A stretch of DNA of 64,000 bases. Source: Candidatus Krumholzibacteriia bacterium (GTDB lineage Bacteria > Krumholzibacteriota > Krumholzibacteriia > LZORAL124-64-63). This document shows, piece after piece, positions 29,932 to 38,401 of the stretch (positions are counted from its first letter, which is position 1; every line of letters begins with the position of its first letter). The notes under the pieces are model-generated. The model saw nothing but the letters and a program-made list of their open reading frames with translations. It ran no database searches and was not told the origin of the DNA. Made by a program: the position numbers and the translations under genes. Location of the stretch: the NCBI GenBank assembly GCA_036351155.1, contig JAZBOO010000163.1, positions 4,827 through 68,826 of the forward strand. Direction: 5' to 3'.

Positions 29932-30246
29932 TCATGGCGTCCATTCCACGCCGCAGTTCCAGCAGGTGTCGAAACCGGCCTCGATATGCTCCTGGCAACC
30001 CGGGCAGGTCCAGGGAGACTCCACCAGGGTCCGGGCCAGGGGGCTGAGCAGGTCCCGCACCTGGCCACTATCTTCTTGCCGAACCAGCAGGCGGACCCCT
30101 ACCAGCATGTCCATCTGAGGATACATGCCGTCACAGTTGTCAGTGGAAACCCAGGATTCTACTCCCAGGGCCTCCAGCCGGGCCTGATCGATCAGGGCCT
30201 CGGTTTCGCTGCCGTACCTCTTGGCCACCACGGTTGCGTCTTGCAT
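29932..30246 (-). CDS. DUF2007-like small protein with C-terminal zinc ribbon (CPGC...CWNCG)
   Basis: AGGAGG RBS 6 nt before the ATG; 104 aa. Confidence 0.6.
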   Translation of the reverse strand: MQDATVVAKRYGSETEALIDQARLEALGVESWVSTDNCDGMYPQMDMLVGVRLLVRQEDSGQVRDLLSPLARTLVESPWTCPGCQEHIEAGFDTCWNCGVEWTP

Positions 30247-30615
30247 GGCTCACCTCCTGTTATCCTCAGTCTAGCATCTTTGCGCGGGCCTGGCAAAGCA
30301 CAGGCCTTGACCACGGAAAAGTTGGGCGATCAGGGCAGAGTTTCGGGTCGGGCCTGGCTCCCGGACGGTTCGGAGCGCTGTCCGTGCAGCTTTTCTGGTC
30401 TTGTAAGTCATTAAAAATAAGGAAATCTCTAGCAGGAGTATAAGGAAAATCTTTATTTCTTTTTCGCCTATCTGATTTTTGCTAGTATTCCGTCCTCGCG
30501 AAGATTGCCGCTTGACGGGACGGGTCTTCATCTCACGGACTTCCCGTCATGGCAGGGTCATTCAAGGATTGAATGCCCGGAGCTAACAGGGAGGTAATGA
30601 CAAGAGCAGGTTATC

Positions 30616-32418
30616 TTGCCATCCGCCTTGCATTCATCCTTCTTCGGAAACCTGGGCCCTCATCCCATGGCTTCCCGGCAATCCTGGCTCCCTGGATTGC
30701 GACTGCAGCGGGGTTCCGCAGGCAGAGCCCCTCAATTCCAGCAAAAACTCCAGGAATTCGTCGACAATCTCCCGGACCCGACTTTTATCATCGACACCAG
30801 AAAACGGGTGCTGGCCTGGAATGGAGCCCTGGCGGCGCTGACCGGAGTGTCCTCCTCGGAAATCCTGGGAAAGGGGCAGGGAGATCACGCCGTTCCCTTC
30901 CCCGGAGAGGCGGTCCCGGTCCTGGCGGATCATTTCGGGGATGTGGATGACGAGCACTGGCGGCAGCACTACGACCGGGTTGAAACCCGAGGAGACACCG
31001 TGTACGCCGAGGGTTTCTTTCCTTTCCTCCACGGGGGGAGAGGGGCCCACCTGAGCGTCACGGCCTCTCCCTTCCGTCGGCGTGATGGTCAGATCATCGG
31101 CGCGATCCAGACCATGAGAGACCTGACAGGCCCTCGAGATCGGGAAGGCTCTCTTCGGCAGAGGGAAGATGACCGCCGTATCCGTGACTTGAACGAGATG
31201 CTGGAACAGAGGGTCATCGAGGGCACTCACGAACTCCTGGCCATGAACAAGGCGCTTCGCCTCAGCGAAGAGCGTTTCCGTCGGATCATCGAAAGCCTGC
31301 AGGAGGGGTACATCTTCTATTCCCGGACCACCGATGGTCAATTCACCTACGTCAGTCCCTCCTATCGCAAGATCCTGGGTTTGTCAGACCTGGGCGACTT
31401 CTCTTCGCGTTTTGCCGCCTGGTTGCAACGGGGGGACAACCGGCCGGCCCGGGAGGCTGCTGAGAAAATAAACCTCGGCTACCGTCAGGACCCTGAGGAT
31501 TTCCACATTCAGTGCCGGGACGGAAAACTCAGGACCATGGAAATCCAGGAAACCCCCGTATTCCGGAAGAATGGGGCCATCTCCTCCGTGGAAGGTCTGC
31601 TGAGGGACGTCACCCAAGATCGCCACAACCAGGCGCTCATGGAGCAGACCCAGCAGCAGTTGATCCAGTCGGAAAAGCAGGCGGCGCTGGGCAGCATGGT
31701 GGCCGGGCTGTCCCACGAAATCAACACGCCCCTGGGTATTGGCGTGACCGCGGCCTCTCATCTGGTCGAGGAGATCAAGCAGTGTCTTCAGGCGTACTCC
31801 GCCCGCCAGCTGACTCAGGGACAGTTTGAAAATTACCTGTCCGAGGCCGGGGAGTCCGCCCAGCTGATCCAGGCCAACCTGAATCGCGCCACCGACCTGT
31901 TGCAGAATTTCAAGCAGGTGGCCACGGACCAGACGGCGGCCAAGGAGAGGTCCTTCAAGCTGGACGAGTACCTGGGTGACGTCGTGCAAAGCCTGAAGCC
32001 CCGGTTCAAGAACACAGGGTTCCGCATTGTTTGCCGATGCCCCGAGGATCTGGTCCTGCATTGCGATCCAGGAGCTCTTTACCAGGTCCTGTCCAATCTG
32101 GTCATGAATTCCTTGACCCATGGTTTCGAAGGGCTGCTGGTGGGGGAGATCTCCATCCGCGCCCACCGGCGGGGTCCCTTTCTGGAACTGGACTACCGGG
32201 ACAACGGAAACGGCATGAAACCCCACGAACTGCGGCGCCTCTACGAACCGTTCTTCACCACCAAGAGGGGCCGGGGTGGGACGGGGCTCGGCATGCATAT
32301 CGTGTACAACAACGTCACCAAGACGCTGGGCGGAAACATCAAGTCCACCAGCAAGCCAGGCAGGGGAACCCGCATCACCATCACACTGCCGCTGACCGGA
32401 GAGGCTGACCATGTCTGA
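30616..32418 (+). CDS. Sensor histidine kinase, PAS-PAS-HisKA-HATPase_c, apparently soluble
   Basis: PAS blocks (FIIDTRKRVLAWNGA; IIESLQEGYIFYSRTTDGQFTYVSPS), H-box SHEINTPLG, N/G boxes (NLVMNSLTHG; GRGGTGLGMHIV). Start uncertain (30616 or ATG 30667). Confidence 0.85.
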   Translation: MPSALHSSFFGNLGPHPMASRQSWLPGLRLQRGSAGRAPQFQQKLQEFVDNLPDPTFIIDTRKRVLAWNGALAALTGVSSSEILGKGQGDHAVPFPGEAVPVLADHFGDVDDEHWRQHYDRVETRGDTVYAEGFFPFLHGGRGAHLSVTASPFRRRDGQIIGAIQTMRDLTGPRDREGSLRQREDDRRIRDLNEMLEQRVIEGTHELLAMNKALRLSEERFRRIIESLQEGYIFYSRTTDGQFTYVSPSYRKILGLSDLGDFSSRFAAWLQRGDNRPAREAAEKINLGYRQDPEDFHIQCRDGKLRTMEIQETPVFRKNGAISSVEGLLRDVTQDRHNQALMEQTQQQLIQSEKQAALGSMVAGLSHEINTPLGIGVTAASHLVEEIKQCLQAYSARQLTQGQFENYLSEAGESAQLIQANLNRATDLLQNFKQVATDQTAAKERSFKLDEYLGDVVQSLKPRFKNTGFRIVCRCPEDLVLHCDPGALYQVLSNLVMNSLTHGFEGLLVGEISIRAHRRGPFLELDYRDNGNGMKPHELRRLYEPFFTTKRGRGGTGLGMHIVYNNVTKTLGGNIKSTSKPGRGTRITITLPLTGEADHV

Positions 32419-34072
32419 TCGCGAACGCCCCGGGGGGGATGAAGACAAGATGCTGGTTTTCGCGGCCGAGGAACAAGGCGGCTTGGAGTCGCCGGAGTTT
32501 GACCTGGCCGCAGCATCTCCATATTCCCTGTTGATCGTCGATGATGAGCAGGAAGTCCACACCATGACGCGTCTGGTCCTGAAAAACTATCAGTTTGAAG
32601 GGCGCGGACTGCACCTGCTGAGCGCCTACAGCGGGGTGGGGGCTCGGCAGGTTTTGCGGGATCATCCCGGGGTGGCGGTCATTTTGCTCGATGTGGTGAT
32701 GGAGCGCGAAGACTCGGGTCTGAAGCTGGTGCGGTACATTCGCGAGGAGCTGGGCAACCACATGGTCCGGATCATCCTGCGCACGGGGCAGCCGGGGCAG
32801 GCCCCGGAAATGGAGGTTGTGGCCCAGTACGACATCAATGACTACAAGGCCAAGACCGAGCTGACAGCTCAGAAGCTGTTCACCACCGTCACCAGTGCGC
32901 TCCGGTCCTGGCGGGATTTGCAGACCATTGCGCGGAGTCGGCGGGGGCTGCGCCGGGTCATCGACGCCAGCGGGCCTCTGTTTGCCGGCCACGCATCACC
33001 GCCCTTTTGCCAGGGTGTTCTGGACAACTTGCTGAACCTGGCCGGCCCGGAAGATATCCCCGGATCCCTCGATTCTTCGCACCGGGCAATGTCTGGTCTC
33101 GTGGCTCTGGGCATGGGGGACGAGCTGGTCATTCAGGCGGGCCGTGGGCAGTACGCGGGCTACGAGGGGCGTCTGGTCGATACCGTTGTCCGGGACACCG
33201 CCGGTCACATGGTATCCCGTGCCGGGCGCATGGGGTGCGAATTCTTTTTCAACAACAGCTTCGTATCCTGCATCAAGGGCGATGAGGGGAAGCGTATCCT
33301 CTTCCTGGTCCGAGGTGAAAAATATGGCATCAGTCTGGACAAGGACTTGATCCGCATCTACATGGCCAAGGTGGCGCTGGCTTTCCACAACATGAACCTC
33401 AATCAGGAAATGATCGAAACCCAGAAGGAGATTATTCACACCCTGGGTGAGGTGGTGGAAACCCGCAGCAAGGAAACCGCCAACCACGTGCTGCGGGTGG
33501 GTATGATGGCTCAGTTGCTGGCGGCCAAGGCGGGGCTGAGCGATGAGGATGTCCAGACCATCCGGGTGGCGGCGCCCATGCACGATGTGGGCAAGGTGGG
33601 CATTCCCGACGCCATCCTGAACAAGCCGGGAAAGCTGACCGCCGAGGAGTACGAGGTCATCAAGACCCACGCCATCATCGGGCACGAAATCCTGGCCAAG
33701 AGCAGTCGGCGCATCATCAAGGCGGCGGCGGTGGTGGCCCATCAGCACCACGAGCACTGGAACGGCGAGGGATACCCGCAGGGATTGCAGAGAAAAGCCA
33801 TCCACGTCTTTGGTCGGATCACGGCCATCGTGGATGTCTTCGATGCGGTGATCAACAAGCGCTGCTATCGGGAGCCCAAGGAACTGGCCGAGGTGGTGAA
33901 GATACTGCGAACGGGGCGAGACACACATTTCGATCCGGAACTGGTGGACATTTTTCTCGCTCATCTGACCGAATTCTTGAGTATTGTCCAGGCCTACCCC
34001 GATCATCCGCCTCGTCGAGGCCTCCAGCAACAAGCCCAGGCTTGCGGTGGGACCGGTTTGCAGCGAGAATGA
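32411..34072 (+). CDS. Response regulator with receiver and HD-GYP domains (c-di-GMP phosphodiesterase, RpfG-like)
   Basis: Receiver SLLIVDDEQEV...VILLDVVME. HD-GYP: HVLRVGMMAQLLA, APMHDVGKVGIPD, HHEHWNGEGYP. Overlaps the kinase stop. Confidence 0.88.
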   Translation: MSDRERPGGDEDKMLVFAAEEQGGLESPEFDLAAASPYSLLIVDDEQEVHTMTRLVLKNYQFEGRGLHLLSAYSGVGARQVLRDHPGVAVILLDVVMEREDSGLKLVRYIREELGNHMVRIILRTGQPGQAPEMEVVAQYDINDYKAKTELTAQKLFTTVTSALRSWRDLQTIARSRRGLRRVIDASGPLFAGHASPPFCQGVLDNLLNLAGPEDIPGSLDSSHRAMSGLVALGMGDELVIQAGRGQYAGYEGRLVDTVVRDTAGHMVSRAGRMGCEFFFNNSFVSCIKGDEGKRILFLVRGEKYGISLDKDLIRIYMAKVALAFHNMNLNQEMIETQKEIIHTLGEVVETRSKETANHVLRVGMMAQLLAAKAGLSDEDVQTIRVAAPMHDVGKVGIPDAILNKPGKLTAEEYEVIKTHAIIGHEILAKSSRRIIKAAAVVAHQHHEHWNGEGYPQGLQRKAIHVFGRITAIVDVFDAVINKRCYREPKELAEVVKILRTGRDTHFDPELVDIFLAHLTEFLSIVQAYPDHPPRRGLQQQAQACGGTGLQRE

Positions 34073-34134
34073 TACTTTCACATTCTTGCCGAAGGCCAGG
34101 TGCCTTCGTTTTCCCGTGACCAGGAGGCAATCCT

Positions 34135-35907
34135 TTGCGCCGACCCGATCCCCATTCCTATACCTCGCTGGAGCAGGGCCGCACCGCCCACCTGGATCTT
34201 GATCTGGACGTCGATTTTTCCACCCGTCGCATCCGGGGCCACGCCCGGTTCAAGCTGGCCGCCCCGGCCTCCGGAGAGCTGGACCTGGATACTCGTGATC
34301 TGGAAATCCTGGGTGTGGCAGGCGCCGACGGCAAGTGTCTGGACTGGGACCTGGCCGCAGCCGATCCGGTCCTGGGATCGTGCCTGCGGGTCACCCTGCC
34401 CGAGGACACCCAGGAATTCACCGTGGATTACCTGACCAGCCCTGATGCCAGCGCCCTTCAGTGGCTGGAGCCGGCGCAAACCGCGGGCGGCAAGCACCCT
34501 TACCTGTTCAGCCAGTGCCAGGCCATCCACGCGCGCAGTGTGATACCCTGCCAGGATACCCCTCTGGCCCGATTCACCTTCACCTGCAAGATGACCGTGC
34601 CGGAGGATTTGACCGTGGTCATGGCTGCCGCGCCCGGGGAAAACGCCGCGGCCGCCGAGCAAGGGAAAAGCACCTTCGGCTTCGACATGCCGCAGAGCAT
34701 TCCCCCTTACCTGTTCGCCTTTGCGGTGGGCAACATTGCCGCCCAGGACCTGGGTCCCCGTTCTCGATGCTACACCGAGCCGGAGATGATGGAAAAATCG
34801 GCCTGGGAGTTCGCCGAGGTGGACAAGATGCTGCTGGCGGCCGAGGAAATTTTCGGCCCCTACCTGTGGGATCGGTTCGACTTCCTGGTCATGCCGCCGT
34901 CCTTCCCCTACGGGGGCATGGAGAATCCTCGTCTGACCTTCCTGACGCCCACCCTGCTGGCCGGCGACCGGAGCCTGGTCAACGTGCTGGCCCACGAGCT
35001 GGCTCACAGCTGGACTGGCAACCTGGTGACCAACGCCAGCATCAATGATTTCTGGTTGAATGAAGGATTCACCGTCTGGGCCGAGCGCCGCATCCTCGAG
35101 AAGCTGGAGGGGCTGGAGGCCAAGAGCTTGTCGGCGGCCATCGGCCGCAATGGACTGAAGGAGGCCATCGCCGGCTTCGGGGCGGACAGCGCCTTCACCA
35201 AGCTGGAGATCAATGGCGAGGGCAGTGACCCCGACGAGTTCTATTCGCTGGTACCCTACGAAAAGGGTTTCCTGTTCGTGGCCTTGCTGGAGGAAGTGGT
35301 CGGCCGCGAGGATTTCGACACCTTCGTCAAGAAGTACATCGAGCATTTCAGCTTCACCAGCATCACCACCGCCCAGTTCGAGGAGTTCCTGGAGAACGAA
35401 CTGCCGGGGGTGGCCCAGAAAATCGGTGCCGACCAGTGGATCCATCAGCCGGGTTTGCCGGACAACGCGCCGGTATTTGCCTCGGCCCGCCTGGAAAAGC
35501 TGCAAGCTCTGGGGAAAGGCTGGAGCGAGGGCCAGCGTCCGGAGGTGGCCGAAGCCAGCAAGTGGAGTCCCGAGGACTGGCAGATCTTCCTGCAGGCCTT
35601 GCCCAAGACCCTGCCGGCCGAGGATTGTGCCTGGCTGGATGAGAACTTCAAGTTGTCGGCCCAGGGAAACTGCGAGATTCTTTGCAACTGGCTGGTCATC
35701 GCCGCCGGCAGTGGATACGAACCGGCTCACAAGCGCGCCTCGGCCTTCCTGGGTGAGGTGGGGCGCATGAAGTATCTCAAGCCGCTGTATTCGGCACTGC
35801 ACGCTCACGAGAAAAGCCGTGCGCTGGCTGCCAGCACCTTCGCGGCCCATGCCGAAAGCTATCACCCCATCGCGCGGGGCGGCCTGGAGAGAATCCTGGC
35901 GAGCTGA
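34135..35907 (+). CDS. Leukotriene A4 hydrolase-like M1 aminopeptidase, cytoplasmic
   Basis: LAHELAHSWTGNLVTN...WLNEGFTVWAE zinc motif, no signal peptide, C-terminal LTA4H-type helical domain. Confidence 0.85.
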   Translation: MRRPDPHSYTSLEQGRTAHLDLDLDVDFSTRRIRGHARFKLAAPASGELDLDTRDLEILGVAGADGKCLDWDLAAADPVLGSCLRVTLPEDTQEFTVDYLTSPDASALQWLEPAQTAGGKHPYLFSQCQAIHARSVIPCQDTPLARFTFTCKMTVPEDLTVVMAAAPGENAAAAEQGKSTFGFDMPQSIPPYLFAFAVGNIAAQDLGPRSRCYTEPEMMEKSAWEFAEVDKMLLAAEEIFGPYLWDRFDFLVMPPSFPYGGMENPRLTFLTPTLLAGDRSLVNVLAHELAHSWTGNLVTNASINDFWLNEGFTVWAERRILEKLEGLEAKSLSAAIGRNGLKEAIAGFGADSAFTKLEINGEGSDPDEFYSLVPYEKGFLFVALLEEVVGREDFDTFVKKYIEHFSFTSITTAQFEEFLENELPGVAQKIGADQWIHQPGLPDNAPVFASARLEKLQALGKGWSEGQRPEVAEASKWSPEDWQIFLQALPKTLPAEDCAWLDENFKLSAQGNCEILCNWLVIAAGSGYEPAHKRASAFLGEVGRMKYLKPLYSALHAHEKSRALAASTFAAHAESYHPIARGGLERILAS

Positions 35908-35922
35908 TCATCACCGCAGGAG

Positions 35923-35962
35923 GAAAAAAAAGAGCGCCGGGTCAGTGGGCCCGGCGCTCTGT
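35923..35962. terminator. Bidirectional rho-independent terminator between the LTA4H-like gene and actP
   Basis: Perfect 11-bp stem AGAGCGCCGGG/CCCGGCGCTCT preceded by AAAAAAAA (a T-run on the minus strand). Confidence 0.75.
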
Positions 35963-35979
35963 TGATATGAGGGGTGGGA

Positions 35980-37845
35980 TCAGACGCGCCTGTTCTTGGT
36001 CAACAGGGACACCACCACCAGCGTCAGAAAACTCAGCGGGATGGAAATGATCCCCGGCTGCCCCAGGGGATGCCAGGCCTCGGCCGCCGTCTTGCCATAC
36101 GGGCCGGCAAACATGGCCGGGCCGGTCAGGATGATGCCCAGCGCCGCCACGATACCCACGAAAATGGAGGCCGTGATGCCGGCGGCCGTGGTCCGGGGCC
36201 AGAACAGCATCATGACGATGGCCGGCAGGTTGGCCGAAGCCGCCACCGCGAAAGCCCAGCCCACCAGGAAGCTCACGTTCACGCCCTTGAACACGATGCC
36301 CAGGATGATGGCAATGATGCCGACCACAAAGGCGGCCACCTTGCCGGCCTTGACCTTCTGCTGTTCGCTCAGGTCCATGCCGCCGTAGCGGTCCATGAGG
36401 TCATGGGCCACGGCTCCAGAGGCGGCGACGATCAAGCCCGCCACCGTGCCCAGCACCGTGGCGAACGCGATGGCCGAGATGATGGCAAAAAGCACACCGC
36501 CGAAGCTGAGGGCCAGCAGGGGGGCGGACATGTTGTTGTCGGCGGGATTGATGGTTCCGCTGATGCCGGCACCCAGTCCCATGAACAGGGTCAGGATGTA
36601 GAAGAACCCGATGGCGGCAATGGCCACGATGGTGCTCTTGCGCGCACAGGCCGGACTGGGCACGGTGTAGTACCGGATCAGGATGTGGGGCAGGGCGGCC
36701 GTTCCGAAGAAAAGGGCGAGCATCAGGGAGACAAAGTTCAGCTTCTCCCAGCCGGTCTTGACCTTGAACTTGACCCCGGGCTTCATCTGGTCGGTGCCGC
36801 TGACGGTCTTGGGGTAGTAGATGGAGATCTTGGCCCCTGTCTCATCCGAAACCTTGGTCTTGTGCCACTGCTCGATCCTGGTTTCCGGGTGAGTGAGGGT
36901 GGCCAGGAATCCCACCGGCCCTGTGGGTCCGGTGCCCTTGGCCGCGGCCTCCGCATCCAGGCCGCCCACGGCCTTGACCCGTCCCACGGGCTGAAGCAAT
37001 CCGTCGGATTCGCCATTGATCAGCAAGGCACTGGTCCACTGGCATTCCCACAGGCCGTCCGGTGAACTGACCCACCAGCTGATCTTGCCTTCGCGCGTGA
37101 ACTTCAGGAAGTCGCCTTCCTTCAATGCCAGAGTGTGGCCTTCGGCCAGGAGGTTGGCCTCGGTGGTTTGCCGGGGAACGAAGCGCAATTCCTGGCCCTG
37201 TGCATCATGGAGGCCGGGAGATTCGGTGCCGATTCCTCGCACCAGAACGCCGATCACCAGGATGGTCGAGAAGATCAGCAGCAGACCACCTTTGAGGAAC
37301 TGGACGTAGGTGGTGCTGGTCATGCCGGCGGTGGCCACGATGGTGATCACGATCACACCCACCAGGATGACGCCCGCCCAGTGGGGAAGCCCCAGCAGGG
37401 GCTGCACCAGTGTTCCGGCTCCGTTCATCTGGGGAATCAGGTAACAGATGCTGACCACCAGTGTGGAGATGGCCGCCGCCAGCTTGATCCCGCGGCTGTC
37501 GAACTTTGAATCCAGCGCATCGGTGAAGGTGAACTTGCCCATGCGTTTCATGGGTTCGGCCACCACGAACAGGGCCACGATCCAGCCGGCCAGATAGCCG
37601 ATGGAATAGAGGAATCCATCGTAGCCCAGGGTGGCGATCATGCCGCAGATCCCCAGGAACGAGGCGGCGCTCAAATAGTCACCGGCAAAGCTGATGCCAT
37701 TGACCGCCCAGTGGATCTGGCCACCGGCGGCGAAATAGCCGGCCGCCGATTTTGCGCGGCGGGCGAAGTAGTAACTGAGGTAAAGAACCAGGGCCACGAA
37801 GACCCCGAAAATGATGATGCTCAACGGTGTGCCCTGGAGGTTCAT
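35980..37845 (-). CDS. actP: Cation/acetate symporter ActP (sodium:solute symporter family) with an internal ~100-130-aa hydrophilic insertion
   Basis: ATG 37845 with GGAGG RBS. The N-terminus is colinear with E. coli ActP (FAGDYLSAASFLGICGMIA, GYDGFLYSIGY, ICYLIPQM). ~620 aa versus 549 aa for E. coli ActP. Confidence 0.85.
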   Translation of the reverse strand: MNLQGTPLSIIIFGVFVALVLYLSYYFARRAKSAAGYFAAGGQIHWAVNGISFAGDYLSAASFLGICGMIATLGYDGFLYSIGYLAGWIVALFVVAEPMKRMGKFTFTDALDSKFDSRGIKLAAAISTLVVSICYLIPQMNGAGTLVQPLLGLPHWAGVILVGVIVITIVATAGMTSTTYVQFLKGGLLLIFSTILVIGVLVRGIGTESPGLHDAQGQELRFVPRQTTEANLLAEGHTLALKEGDFLKFTREGKISWWVSSPDGLWECQWTSALLINGESDGLLQPVGRVKAVGGLDAEAAAKGTGPTGPVGFLATLTHPETRIEQWHKTKVSDETGAKISIYYPKTVSGTDQMKPGVKFKVKTGWEKLNFVSLMLALFFGTAALPHILIRYYTVPSPACARKSTIVAIAAIGFFYILTLFMGLGAGISGTINPADNNMSAPLLALSFGGVLFAIISAIAFATVLGTVAGLIVAASGAVAHDLMDRYGGMDLSEQQKVKAGKVAAFVVGIIAIILGIVFKGVNVSFLVGWAFAVAASANLPAIVMMLFWPRTTAAGITASIFVGIVAALGIILTGPAMFAGPYGKTAAEAWHPLGQPGIISIPLSFLTLVVVSLLTKNRRV

Positions 37846-38141
37846 GCGCTGTCCTCCCCGGGTGTCGGTTGGCCGGCCAGTTCCTTCTCCTTGGCGGTGC
37901 ACCTGTTGTTGTAGATCAGGGCCAACACCAGGGCCAGGATGATCAATCCCATGCCGTAGACCACGGCCAGATTCAGCCCGGCAAACACGATGGTTTGCAT
38001 GGCCTTTCCCTCGGTGAAGACATTGGTGAACACGAAGCCCGCATAGACCAGGCAGTAGGCCAGGAACATACGAACGCCCAGCCGGCTCTTGAACCGGCTG
38101 GCGGGATCAGGGGCGGCATTCTGGGCAGGACCGTGGTGCAT
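37842..38141 (-). CDS. yjcH: DUF485 family inner-membrane protein (YjcH-like), partner of ActP
   Basis: ATG 38141 with GGAGG RBS. ~100 aa with two TM helices. The stop overlaps the actP start. Confidence 0.75.
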   Translation of the reverse strand: MHHGPAQNAAPDPASRFKSRLGVRMFLAYCLVYAGFVFTNVFTEGKAMQTIVFAGLNLAVVYGMGLIILALVLALIYNNRCTAKEKELAGQPTPGEDSA

Positions 38142-38401
38142 CGCGTGGACCTCCAATGGATCAGAACAAACGAAGAATTGTCGCCATGCTCTGGGCTCGC
38201 CCAAGGGCGAATACCCACAGGGACGGAAGGCTATCATGTTAAAAAATGAACAACAAGGCCATAAATTGCCTTTATCATTACTGTTGCGAAATTTTGAAAT
38301 TACGATTTCGCGAAATGGGGGCCGGTTCGGACATTGATTGGCCCGGGTGAGGCTGGTACCATGTCTTCACGGCGATGGGGCCGTTCACACCCGAGGTCAC
38401 C

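Noticed and set aside
30271-30531. 86-aa minus-strand ORF in the AT-rich island upstream of the histidine kinase
   Set aside because: Codon usage is atypical for this genome (AT-rich), there is no RBS, and it overlaps predicted palindromic regulatory sites. More likely non-coding promoter DNA.
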